Virus record (IMG/VR): IMGVR_UViG_3300047382_000771
Span: 96,001-160,000 of that record
Source of the DNA: a virus
Taxonomy: Duplodnaviria; Caudoviricetes
Reading direction: 5' to 3' (one strand)
DNA: 64,000 nucleotides
A program made the position numbers and the translations under genes. The first letter of the stretch is position 1. Each line of letters opens with the position of its first letter. Shown here one piece after another: positions 1 through 9,168 of the stretch. The notes beneath the pieces were generated by a model. That model did no database searches, was not told where the DNA came from, and saw nothing but the letters and a program-made list of their open reading frames with translations.

Positions 1-37
1 CAAAAATAAAACAAGAACTGAAAGGCGAAATATAATT

Positions 38-445
38 ATGATAAATAAATTCATCGGTATAGGGCATTTATGCCAAGACCCTAAGATACAAAACTTAGGA
101 GATAAGAAGAAAGCATCGTTTAGTGTGGGTATTAATAATACTAAAGATGATGTGCTTTTCTTAAACGTAGAGTGTTGGAATAAGGTTGCAGAGAACTGTA
201 AAAACTTTCTTTCTAAAGGATCTTGTATCTACTTAGAAGGTAAAGTTAAAACTAGCAAATGGACAGATAAAGAGGGTAACAATAGAACGAATTTCTATAT
301 TGCTGCCGACATAGTCAGGTTCCTCCCCAACTCTAAAAGAGATACTCCCGCACCCAAGATACATAGTATCGAAAAAAAGGTTGAAAAACCTTTACCCAAA
401 AGTAATATCCCTGATATAGTAACAGAAGACGAAATGCCTTTTTAA
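38..445 (+). CDS. ssb: single-stranded DNA-binding protein
   Basis: OB-fold SSB pattern (IGIGHLCQDP...FLNVECWNKVAE...KGSCIYLEGKVKTSKWTDKEG) and acidic C-terminal tail ending EDEMPF. Confidence 0.92.
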   Translation: MINKFIGIGHLCQDPKIQNLGDKKKASFSVGINNTKDDVLFLNVECWNKVAENCKNFLSKGSCIYLEGKVKTSKWTDKEGNNRTNFYIAADIVRFLPNSKRDTPAPKIHSIEKKVEKPLPKSNIPDIVTEDEMPF

Positions 446-448
446 TAT

Positions 449-1528
449 ATGAAAAATTTAATATTCTCAGCACCTATCAATTCTTTAAGTTTCGGAAATG
501 TCTCTTATAATTTCTTAAGAGAATTTTATAAGCTCGGAGTCAATTTAAAGTTCTTCCCCATAGGTAAGGATTTAGATTTTTCTGCGTTTGATAATACTGA
601 CGAAGATTTCAAGCAGTGGATAGTTGATGCTTACAACTCTAGGCTAAAGAAAGTTTCCAGAGAAATTCCGTTTTTAAAAATGTGGCATTTGAATGGTTCC
701 GAATCTGGCATAGGGGACAGAAGGCACTTGTACACATTCCACGAAACAGACGAGGCAACCGAAGAAGAAAAATCCATATGCTCGGTTCAAACTAAGACTA
801 TTTTTTCTAGCAGTTTTTCTAGAGATATTTTTTCGCAAGAATGTGACAACTGTCATTTTGCCCCAATTGGATTCGATGAGGATTTTCACGAAACAAACAA
901 AAAATATTTAAGTGGTAAAACCCATTTTGGATTAATGGGTAAATGGGAGAAAAGGAAACATACAGCAAAAATAATTTCATTATGGGCAGACAAATATGGA
1001 GACAATAAAGATTACCAATTAACCTGCTGTGTAGGTAATCCATTCCTTCAAGACGATCAATTCAAAGAGGCTATTCAGTCTGCTCTTAAAGGTAAGAAGT
1101 ATAAAAATATCAACTTTTTACCAAGACTAAAGACGAACTCAGAAGTTAATGAATTTCTAAACTCTATCGATATAGACCTAAGTGGACTTAGCGGGGCGGA
1201 AGGCTGGAATCTTCCATCGTTCAATGCGTCTTGTTTAGGTAAGTGGAGTATAGTTTTAAATTCTACAGCTCATAAAGATTGGGCTACGAAAGATAATTGC
1301 ATTTTAGTGGAACCCATAGGTCAAGAGCCTTGCTATGACGAAGTATTTTTCAAGGAAGGCAATGCCTTCAACCAAGGATCCATCAATGCATTCTCTGATG
1401 AATTATTTTATAAAGCTATCGATTCAGCTCTATCCAAAAATGGTACCTATAATAAAAATGGATCATCATTGAAGGAAAAATTTAATTACACTAAAACCGT
1501 TAACACTATTATAGACATTATATCATGA
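449..1528 (+). CDS. glycosyltransferase, GT-B fold (GT4-like)
   Basis: N-terminal SFGNVSYNFLRE and C-terminal GAEGWNLPSFNASCLGKWSIV, matching the GT4 E-G-[FW]-x-L-P donor-binding motif. Confidence 0.75.
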   Translation: MKNLIFSAPINSLSFGNVSYNFLREFYKLGVNLKFFPIGKDLDFSAFDNTDEDFKQWIVDAYNSRLKKVSREIPFLKMWHLNGSESGIGDRRHLYTFHETDEATEEEKSICSVQTKTIFSSSFSRDIFSQECDNCHFAPIGFDEDFHETNKKYLSGKTHFGLMGKWEKRKHTAKIISLWADKYGDNKDYQLTCCVGNPFLQDDQFKEAIQSALKGKKYKNINFLPRLKTNSEVNEFLNSIDIDLSGLSGAEGWNLPSFNASCLGKWSIVLNSTAHKDWATKDNCILVEPIGQEPCYDEVFFKEGNAFNQGSINAFSDELFYKAIDSALSKNGTYNKNGSSLKEKFNYTKTVNTIIDIIS

Positions 1529-1731
1529 AACAAATAGGCAATATTAAAATTGAAAATAAAGAAATTCTGCTATGTTGTGGGAGAGGTAGATGCCCCTCCA
1601 TCTCAAGAGATGAATCTTCTAACGAAAAAGAAATGTTCTTACTCAAAGATGACTTCGGGGGTTTCGTAAAACTTGACAGAGAACAACTAAATGCAATCAA
1701 AGAAGCATTTAATAACTTAGATGCTATTTAA
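1525..1731 (+). CDS. small hypothetical protein with CCGRGRCP cysteine motif
   Basis: 68-aa ORF overlapping both neighbours in the operon; clustered cysteines suggest metal binding. Confidence 0.55.
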   Translation: MKQIGNIKIENKEILLCCGRGRCPSISRDESSNEKEMFLLKDDFGGFVKLDREQLNAIKEAFNNLDAI

Positions 1732-2020
1732 TCTTACAGCTTGTCTGGGGTTAATGTGGGTCCTGAAGTATGGAACCATACTAAACACTCCAAGAAACTT
1801 TCTGTCATCTAAGAGTAAAACCTTAAAGGAACTACTTAGTTGTAGCTTATGCTTAGGTTTTTGGGTTGGTGTTTTGTTTGGCTACCTAGAGTATCATTTA
1901 AATGGAGTAAATCCACTATATGTCTTATACCTAGCTTTTTCCTCTGCCGCAGTATGCTGGTTCTTTGACATCTTGTTCGAGCTGATAACCCTATCTTGCG
2001 ATAAAATAGACCCTAAATAA
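1721..2020 (+). CDS. small membrane protein, DUF1360-like
   Basis: Three hydrophobic segments and LLSCSLCLGFWVG (CxxC-x3-W) motif. Confidence 0.5.
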   Translation: MLFNLTACLGLMWVLKYGTILNTPRNFLSSKSKTLKELLSCSLCLGFWVGVLFGYLEYHLNGVNPLYVLYLAFSSAAVCWFFDILFELITLSCDKIDPK

Positions 2021-2403
2021 TGCCAATGTACATATTCCAGAAACCTGAAACCGAAGAGTATACTGAGGTTTTTTTCTCAATGAATGATGAGAAGAAATAT
2101 ATAGACGACGACGGTGTTGAGTGGAAGAGAGTATGGAGCCTGCCCCAACTTTCGACTGAGGCATCTATAGACCCCTGGGACAATGCTGACTTTGTAAATA
2201 AAACTTCAAACACCAAGGGAACACTTGGGGATATGATGGACAGAAGTCAAGAATTGTCTCAAAAAAGAGCTGAACAGAATGGGGGTGTAGACCCTGTTAA
2301 GGAAAAATACTACGAAAACTATAGTAAGCAAAGAGGTGGAGCTGTTCACCAAGACAAAGAAACCAAAACTTTTGAGAATAAACATATAAAAATAGACCTA
2401 TGA
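2020..2403 (+). CDS. FmdB-like protein lacking the zinc-ligand cysteines
   Basis: MPMYIFQ...EVFFSMND...WKRVWSLP follows the FmdB N-terminal pattern (MPxYxY...E...SM...R.+S.P). Confidence 0.55.
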   Translation: MPMYIFQKPETEEYTEVFFSMNDEKKYIDDDGVEWKRVWSLPQLSTEASIDPWDNADFVNKTSNTKGTLGDMMDRSQELSQKRAEQNGGVDPVKEKYYENYSKQRGGAVHQDKETKTFENKHIKIDL

Positions 2404-2954
2404 GTATACAAATTTATAAACCAAATAAAAACAATAATGGATTCGCTTTTAATTTCGCATTAGGATTTGAAAGAAAGAATAAAGAACCAGTACTTTATGT
2501 ATCAGCTATCGCCCAGCACAGTTGGGATGCAAAAAAACGATTAGGCTCATTCACCGCCAACAAAGATAATCCAGAAAAAAACATAAACCTAAAGTTTAAT
2601 GAATTCGAATGTGGATCAATTATAGACGCTATTGAGAGAAGGTACGAATATAGTACGTTCCATAAATTTGAAGACAACAAAACCACCATCAAATTTAGTC
2701 CCTGGGATAAAAAAGTTAAATCTAGTAAATTTAATCCCTCAACTAAAAGTTATGATGATTACGAATATATTTCTCCATGCTTCGGTTTATCTATTACGAA
2801 AAACGGCAACAACACTTTTAAGATCCCACTAGAACCTGGGGAAGCTTTCTGCGTTAAAGAGTATATTAAAAATATTATACTTAAAACATACGCGAAAAGA
2901 GATCGTGAAAGGCTCAAGGAATATTCTACCCCCTCGGAGGATTGCCCTATATAA
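2400..2954 (+). CDS. putative Whirly/PC4-fold ssDNA-binding protein
   Basis: Ordered motifs NLKFNEFECGSII / STFHK / TIKFSP / FGLSITKN..FKIPLEPGEAFCV resemble the remembered Whirly consensus; lies between SSB and an annealase. Confidence 0.45.
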   Translation: MSIQIYKPNKNNNGFAFNFALGFERKNKEPVLYVSAIAQHSWDAKKRLGSFTANKDNPEKNINLKFNEFECGSIIDAIERRYEYSTFHKFEDNKTTIKFSPWDKKVKSSKFNPSTKSYDDYEYISPCFGLSITKNGNNTFKIPLEPGEAFCVKEYIKNIILKTYAKRDRERLKEYSTPSEDCPI

Positions 2955-4858
2955 TGAAAAAAAAGAAAATACTTTTCCACAGCAACTTTAGTAGAGCATA
3001 TACTGGCTTCGGGAAAAATGCAAAAAATGTCTTATCCTACTTGTATAAAACTGGTAAGTATGAAATTGTAGAAGCCGCCAATGGTCACATCAAGACATCT
3101 CCCAAGCTTTCTAAAATGCCATGGGAATGTATCGGCACCTTACCAGATGATCCATCTAAAATAGAAATGATCAACAAAGATCCAGCCCTAGCCAGGCAGG
3201 CTGGGTATGGGTCTGAAACTATAGATGAATTAATTAAAGAAATTAAACCTGATATATATATAGGTGCTGAAGATGTATGGGGGTTTAATAATTTCTGGAA
3301 TAAAAAATGGTGGAACAAAATAAATTGTGCTATATGGACCACTATAGATTCTCAGCCAATACTTCCCCTAGCTGTAGACGCTGCACCCAAAATTAAAAAC
3401 TACTTCGTCTGGGCTTCGTTCGCCGAAAGAGAGATGAAGAAGTTAGGTCACGACCATGTCAAAACTTTAAGGGGCGCAATTGATACGGACTTTTATTTTA
3501 AGACCATCAAGTCTTACCGTAAAAATTTAAGACAAAGATTCGATATATCTGATGATACGTTTGTTATAGGTTTTGTTTTCAGGAACCAGTTAAGGAAAAG
3601 TGTCCCGAACTTACTTGAGGGGTATAAATTATTCTGTAAAAAAAACCCTAAAGTAAAAGCAAAGTTATTACTCCATACATCATGGTCTGAGGGTTGGGAT
3701 ATCCTAAGGCTACTAAAAGAAAAAGGTATACATCACTCAAATGTATTAACGACATACTACTGTTCAGCTTGTAAACGTTACCATGTAAAACCTTTCTCTG
3801 GAGAAGAAAATGATTGTCCTTACTGCAAAAGTAAAAAAACTTTCAGTACAACTAATGTTAAAAACGGCGTATCTGAAAATCAGCTTAATGAAGTTTACAA
3901 TTTAATGGATGTCTATTGTCACCCATTCACGAGTGGGGGGCAAGAAATTCCAGTGCAGGAAGCCAAACTCGCAGAGCTTGTAACCCTTGTAACTAATTAT
4001 TCCTGTGGTGAAGACTGTTGTACGGAAGAAAGCGGTGGACTACCTCTTGAATGGTCTGAATACAGGGAGCCAGGAACTCAATTCATTAAAGCTAGTACTA
4101 GCCCAGAAAGCATTTCCAATCAATTGGAAGTTGTCTACAATATGCCCCCAGAAGATAAAGAAGAAATGGGTAAAAGAGCTAGAGATTTTGTTTTAAATAA
4201 TTACTCCATAGATGTTATTGGTCCTAAGATAGAAGAATTTTTAGATAATTTACCAGAAATAGACTGGGATTATGATTTCTCTGAAGAGCAAAGAGACCCA
4301 AACTACGATCCGCCAGAAATTGAGTCAGACGCAGAATGGTTAATTGATATATATAAGAATATATTAAAAGTTTCAGTCGATAAAAATGATGATGGATTAA
4401 AGCATTGGGTTCAACAAATTCAAAAAGGCGGTAAAAGATCAGATGTTTTAAACTACTTCAAGAAGGTTGCTAAGAAAGAAAATAAAGATATAGAAGGGTC
4501 TAACTTTGAGGACTTACTGGACGACGAAGGTGCCGACAATAGGATAGCTGTGGTTTGTGAAAAAAATGCAAGAGATGCAATCATAGTAAATAGTTTCTTA
4601 ATTAACCTCCAGGAACTATATCCAGAAGATAAAATTTATGTAATCACTGACCCTAAATTTTTTCCCTTAATAGAGGATAACACTAACTGCTACAAAACAT
4701 TACCCTACATTAAGGAAATGGATTCCCCTTACTCATTAGAAGGTAGAGCTGATCACCCAGGTTATTTTAAAATTGCATTTTATCCAAGTGCAACTACTGA
4801 TAAATTTCAGTCTTTCACACACAATACAAAAGATAAAAATATTTTCAATATACTATGA
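2954..4858 (+). CDS. multidomain glycosyltransferase (GT4-like + Zn ribbon + DUF4214-like + GT9-like N-terminal half)
   Basis: TGFGKNAKN, VFRNQLRKSVPNLL and GGQEIPVQEAK GT4 motifs; CSAC...CPYC insert; start placed at ATG 2954 (TAATG overlap with the upstream stop) rather than TTG 2942. Confidence 0.8.
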   Translation: MKKKKILFHSNFSRAYTGFGKNAKNVLSYLYKTGKYEIVEAANGHIKTSPKLSKMPWECIGTLPDDPSKIEMINKDPALARQAGYGSETIDELIKEIKPDIYIGAEDVWGFNNFWNKKWWNKINCAIWTTIDSQPILPLAVDAAPKIKNYFVWASFAEREMKKLGHDHVKTLRGAIDTDFYFKTIKSYRKNLRQRFDISDDTFVIGFVFRNQLRKSVPNLLEGYKLFCKKNPKVKAKLLLHTSWSEGWDILRLLKEKGIHHSNVLTTYYCSACKRYHVKPFSGEENDCPYCKSKKTFSTTNVKNGVSENQLNEVYNLMDVYCHPFTSGGQEIPVQEAKLAELVTLVTNYSCGEDCCTEESGGLPLEWSEYREPGTQFIKASTSPESISNQLEVVYNMPPEDKEEMGKRARDFVLNNYSIDVIGPKIEEFLDNLPEIDWDYDFSEEQRDPNYDPPEIESDAEWLIDIYKNILKVSVDKNDDGLKHWVQQIQKGGKRSDVLNYFKKVAKKENKDIEGSNFEDLLDDEGADNRIAVVCEKNARDAIIVNSFLINLQELYPEDKIYVITDPKFFPLIEDNTNCYKTLPYIKEMDSPYSLEGRADHPGYFKIAFYPSATTDKFQSFTHNTKDKNIFNIL

Positions 4859-6015
4859 GCCACATTATAGAAGAGTATGCTAAAAGTCTTGGCACTAAGC
4901 CAGGCAAACCTCAAATTGATTTACACTTTTATCCGATTTCTCTTGATAGGTATGTGACTGTTGACACGAGCTCTGTAGACTCATTAAATTATCAACACTT
5001 CGAGTCTGTAATAAATTTAATAAAACAATACGACCCTTCTATAAAATTTGTAGACATAACAGAGAGCAGGGAAAAAGGCTTAGAGTATTTTGATAAATCC
5101 TTATTAGGTAAGTGTTCTTACAGACACATTTCTTATATAATTTCTAAAGCAGAATTACATCTTTGCGTTGATACATTCTCTTCTTACATAGCTTCAGCCT
5201 TTAATGTTCCCACCGTTTGCTTGTACGGACCTATGTATCCAGAAAACAGCAAGCCTATTTGGGACGGTAAATTAGTTTGCTTATTTGAGTGCCCCACTGA
5301 CACAAAGCCAAGCTATAGCGGCAAAGACCCCAACTCAATCATTAACCTAGTAAGTCCAGAAAAAGTTGCTAAAGAGTGCTTGTCTTTAATTGGTGTTGAA
5401 AATGACTTAGATTGTTTCACCACAATTAATATAGGTAAATACTACAAAGATAAAATATTAGAAGTTATACCAGATTTCGTTCCCCACCAAGAATACAAGC
5501 CAGACAGACTAGTTAACCTGCGCTGTGATTATAATTTCGATCAAGAAATAATTTCTAAATGGATGCAGTTTAAGGTAAACTTAATGCTAGATAAAGCCTT
5601 AGATATAGATCTGATTGTTAAATACGCAAATAATATAGCTGGCATTACCCTTTTCTTGGGAGATAAATCCTTAACCAGTAGTTATGTCTCCACACTACAA
5701 ACCTTAAATTTAAACCCGTCACTAATCTGTAAAGATGAGTCTATAATATCAGATATTAGATTAGACTTTTTTGGTTCAGATGTAGAGGAATATAAAGTTA
5801 AGTCTAAAAAAGATCTTGACTTTGTAGATGAAGTATGCGATAATTGCTTCTATGATAGTAATAAAATACTCAAGTCTAAAAACAAAATATACAAGAGTAG
5901 AGCTGCATGGAAAATTGGTCAAACAACAGACAAGCTCACACCAATCATAGATTCCCCCGATTTTTGGGAAGAAATCGAACACTTCAATATCTATAAATAT
6001 GACAGGAAAAACTAA
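4855..6015 (+). CDS. GT9 (heptosyltransferase-like) C-terminal half plus unknown domain
   Basis: IISKAELHLCVDTFSSYIASAFNVPTVCLYGP matches the GT9 pattern; ATGA overlap with the upstream gene. Confidence 0.72.
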   Translation: MSHIIEEYAKSLGTKPGKPQIDLHFYPISLDRYVTVDTSSVDSLNYQHFESVINLIKQYDPSIKFVDITESREKGLEYFDKSLLGKCSYRHISYIISKAELHLCVDTFSSYIASAFNVPTVCLYGPMYPENSKPIWDGKLVCLFECPTDTKPSYSGKDPNSIINLVSPEKVAKECLSLIGVENDLDCFTTINIGKYYKDKILEVIPDFVPHQEYKPDRLVNLRCDYNFDQEIISKWMQFKVNLMLDKALDIDLIVKYANNIAGITLFLGDKSLTSSYVSTLQTLNLNPSLICKDESIISDIRLDFFGSDVEEYKVKSKKDLDFVDEVCDNCFYDSNKILKSKNKIYKSRAAWKIGQTTDKLTPIIDSPDFWEEIEHFNIYKYDRKN

Positions 6016-6811
6016 AATAGAAGATAAAATATCTAAAGCAAGAATCAAAACATCAAATAGTAAAGGCCCAAGCCTTTATGTTAGAGATGACAACGGATTA
6101 CTGCAAAACGTTATCTATGAATTCAATGAAGATGGCTCAATAAACTGGAGGGCTATGATAAAAGAAGAGCACTTGTTCCCCAACAGGTCCTGGTTTGAGT
6201 CTAGGGGTAAAGATTGCCCTAGGTCAATAGATGGGTTAGCTGACCATCAGCTTTTAATTAAGCTCGCTGGGATCAAAGAATTAGCAAAGCTTAGGGGGTT
6301 TGAATCTATTAGTTATGATACAGTTAAGTGTGATGAAGGTCATGTAGCCGTATGTTGCACTGTGTCATTTACACCAAACTATGAAACAGGTTCTCAGAGT
6401 GTTACTTTTCAAGACATGGCTAATGCTACATTAAATAACACTAGTAGCTTTGCGACTAAATTTTTAGAGACCATAGCTTGTAACAGGGCTTTTGTTAGGT
6501 GTGTTAGAAACTTCCTTAATGTACATATTGTAGGAGATGACGAAATAGATAAGTCTGATAAGAAAAGTGTAAGCTCTGCAGTTTCTAAAACCAACTCTAA
6601 TCCATTCAGCCCTGTAACTACTTTGCAAAAACAAGCCGAAAGTGTTTTGGGTTGTACAGATTTTCAAGACTTCAAGTCCCACATAAGGGAGTGGTGGAGG
6701 AATAAAGTTGCAGGAGTCTACCAGAATGAAAGTATTTCTAAATGGGAAGACTGGTTAGATATCTCGGATAAAGACGCAAGGATACTGGTTGGAGTAATTT
6801 CTAAATCTTAG
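5999..6811 (+). CDS. Rad52-like single-strand annealing protein
   Basis: LLIKLAGIKELAKLRG...ETIACNRAFVRCVRNFLNVHIVGDDEI resembles the A-E-x-R-A-x-x-R-A...N-+...E-E signature of Rad52/Sak-type annealases. Confidence 0.6.
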   Translation: MTGKTKIEDKISKARIKTSNSKGPSLYVRDDNGLLQNVIYEFNEDGSINWRAMIKEEHLFPNRSWFESRGKDCPRSIDGLADHQLLIKLAGIKELAKLRGFESISYDTVKCDEGHVAVCCTVSFTPNYETGSQSVTFQDMANATLNNTSSFATKFLETIACNRAFVRCVRNFLNVHIVGDDEIDKSDKKSVSSAVSKTNSNPFSPVTTLQKQAESVLGCTDFQDFKSHIREWWRNKVAGVYQNESISKWEDWLDISDKDARILVGVISKS

Positions 6812-9168
6812 TCTTCGACTTCTTCGCTCTGCGAAGTTATATTCAAAACATACCCCGCTGAAGGTGCCGATTGATTCGTTAGAAAATCAACGCCACTAAT
6901 CGTAGGCTCTCCTATCATCATGGCGTTTATAAAAGTTGGTGTTGATGACCCAGTATAATTTATATTAAAAGACACACTAGGTATACTTGTGTGCTTATCC
7001 TTAAACGGAACATTAAAACTTGTTCCTACACCCTCTAGATCAAACTTAGTCTCCTGCCTGGGAACCAAGTATTCTATGCTATCATTTACTTGGTAGTATT
7101 TATTGGGTCCAGCAGCATCATGAGTCATTATCGTTATATACTGTGGCCTATTACCTTCTAGGTCTGTGGAAGCTGCCCCGACATGCAGACCATCAACATT
7201 TGAATCTTCGATTGTTGCCTCACTATAAAAGTTATTATCATCAGGTATTATATTAGGAATTTCTCCTGTATGAAAAGATACCTTAGTTAAATCTAAATTA
7301 TTTTTATTTTTCTTAAATTCCGAATCCCTTATTTCGTAAGTTATTGTGAAATTCGTTCCATTAGTTGTATAATTTAGGTTGTCTAGTTCTATTTTATTAA
7401 ATACATGCACCTTACTATGACCACCTACCCTCTCTTGATTTTCTCTTTTAATAAAATCTGATCTTATCAATATACTATCATTTCTTAAGTAATCACAACC
7501 AAGATCTCGATAAACATGAGACCCGCTTGAATTTACCCAGCACCAACCTGAGCCCACATCATTTGAGGTAAAATTAATTATCTCGTTATTGTTATTGATA
7601 TAGTCTCCAGATCTAAACCCACTAGGATGAAACTGATTAAACGACGATCTATTTTTAATTTCACTATCAAAGACTTCGTCGAAAATTCCAACATTACCCC
7701 TCCTTAGCCCTAGCCATCCTTTAGCTCCACTAAATTGATTAACCTGATTCCATTGAGATTTATTTAATAGAACCGCTGGCATTTCAGCAATTTGATTTAA
7801 ATAAGATGCTGACATTTCGTAACCACTACTAAACTTCTCCCCTTCTCTAAATTGAATATTTAAACCATTAGGGTTGTCTCTTTCCATTGAAAATGTTCCA
7901 TTAACGTAGCATTGGCCAGATAATATATCTTCGTATGTATGAAAACATATTCGTTTTTCATCTACATCGTAGTATGCGTATTCATAAATCCCACTTTCTC
8001 CACTATATAAAACTTCCCCACCTTTAAAATAATCACCAGCACCACTACCATAAATAAGGCCGTCTTTTTCTTGTAGATCTCCAGTGGTTGTTTTTGATAA
8101 AAAATCATAAGTATGATCATAATAGAAAGAACTATTATCATTTACTTCGGTAGAGATTGAATTATTAATACTAGCATGATCAATTAATATATTACCATTA
8201 TAACCAGACTTTGGCTTTGAGATTAAACCTGTACCATCTACTTTATATATAAGGTCTACAATTTGGTGGTCTTGCCAGTCGTAGTTTAATTTTATTAAGC
8301 TTCTAATTCCTGCTTCAACTTTTGTTACATCTACATCTTTAACTATTGGCTTGAAATTTACACCGCTAGCCTTATACGGATCTTGAGTCTGACTAACCAA
8401 AGGTAATGGCCCACCTTCGCCAAGATTATCAAACGGTACTGCCATTAAATAATTATTCCTATCTGGTAATAAGGGTATCGACCCACTCCTATTGTAATTC
8501 ACTGTTTTTATTTTAGCTCCAGATTTAAACTCAACGGTGTCCTCTAATTCACCGTATGCATTTGTCCCTGTAAATAAATACATATTAATACCTTGTAGGT
8601 CGCTTGTTCCAGTGTACTCTATCTCAAAATGCCCCCCAGTTTTATTGTAACTCGTAATTTCGCCAGTAGGCGGGGGGTTATACATATAAAGGTGTCCTGT
8701 TTCTTTATTCCCAAATTTATCGTTCAGTACAACTGAAACATTCAGGTATCTATTAAAATCACCAGACGCATCTATAGTGGTCTGATTCCCTGAGATTCCA
8801 GTTTCGCTATGTATTAACTTACCCCCCTCGAAGGATGGATTATTTAAACTAGAAGGATCTTGCCTGTAAACAAAAACATCAAAATTATCTATGTATTGAT
8901 TTTTCTTAACCAGTGATTCATTCTTGATAACCTTATTACCCTTAGGTTCAGTAACACTCCACCTCAAATTTATCTTACTAGATAATGTTTCCTGGGAAAA
9001 AAGTTTCTCTCCAGTTTCATCTTTAATTATTACTAATTCTGGTTGGTTAACACCATTATCCACAAATATTTTATTAATCCTGAAAGTTTTTCCGAACTTA
9101 TCTTTTGGATTTTTGAGAGGTATTTGGATGGATGCACTGGATCCAATATTTGTTTTTCTAATACTCAT
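6808..9168 (-). CDS. tail tip-associated beta-rich protein (FN3/Ig-like, continuation of the gpJ region)
   Basis: 786-aa beta-rich ORF coupled (TAATG) to the gpJ-like gene; NLRWSV and YLMAVPFDNLGEG are FN3-like strands. Confidence 0.5.
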   Translation of the reverse strand: MSIRKTNIGSSASIQIPLKNPKDKFGKTFRINKIFVDNGVNQPELVIIKDETGEKLFSQETLSSKINLRWSVTEPKGNKVIKNESLVKKNQYIDNFDVFVYRQDPSSLNNPSFEGGKLIHSETGISGNQTTIDASGDFNRYLNVSVVLNDKFGNKETGHLYMYNPPPTGEITSYNKTGGHFEIEYTGTSDLQGINMYLFTGTNAYGELEDTVEFKSGAKIKTVNYNRSGSIPLLPDRNNYLMAVPFDNLGEGGPLPLVSQTQDPYKASGVNFKPIVKDVDVTKVEAGIRSLIKLNYDWQDHQIVDLIYKVDGTGLISKPKSGYNGNILIDHASINNSISTEVNDNSSFYYDHTYDFLSKTTTGDLQEKDGLIYGSGAGDYFKGGEVLYSGESGIYEYAYYDVDEKRICFHTYEDILSGQCYVNGTFSMERDNPNGLNIQFREGEKFSSGYEMSASYLNQIAEMPAVLLNKSQWNQVNQFSGAKGWLGLRRGNVGIFDEVFDSEIKNRSSFNQFHPSGFRSGDYINNNNEIINFTSNDVGSGWCWVNSSGSHVYRDLGCDYLRNDSILIRSDFIKRENQERVGGHSKVHVFNKIELDNLNYTTNGTNFTITYEIRDSEFKKNKNNLDLTKVSFHTGEIPNIIPDDNNFYSEATIEDSNVDGLHVGAASTDLEGNRPQYITIMTHDAAGPNKYYQVNDSIEYLVPRQETKFDLEGVGTSFNVPFKDKHTSIPSVSFNINYTGSSTPTFINAMMIGEPTISGVDFLTNQSAPSAGYVLNITSQSEEVED

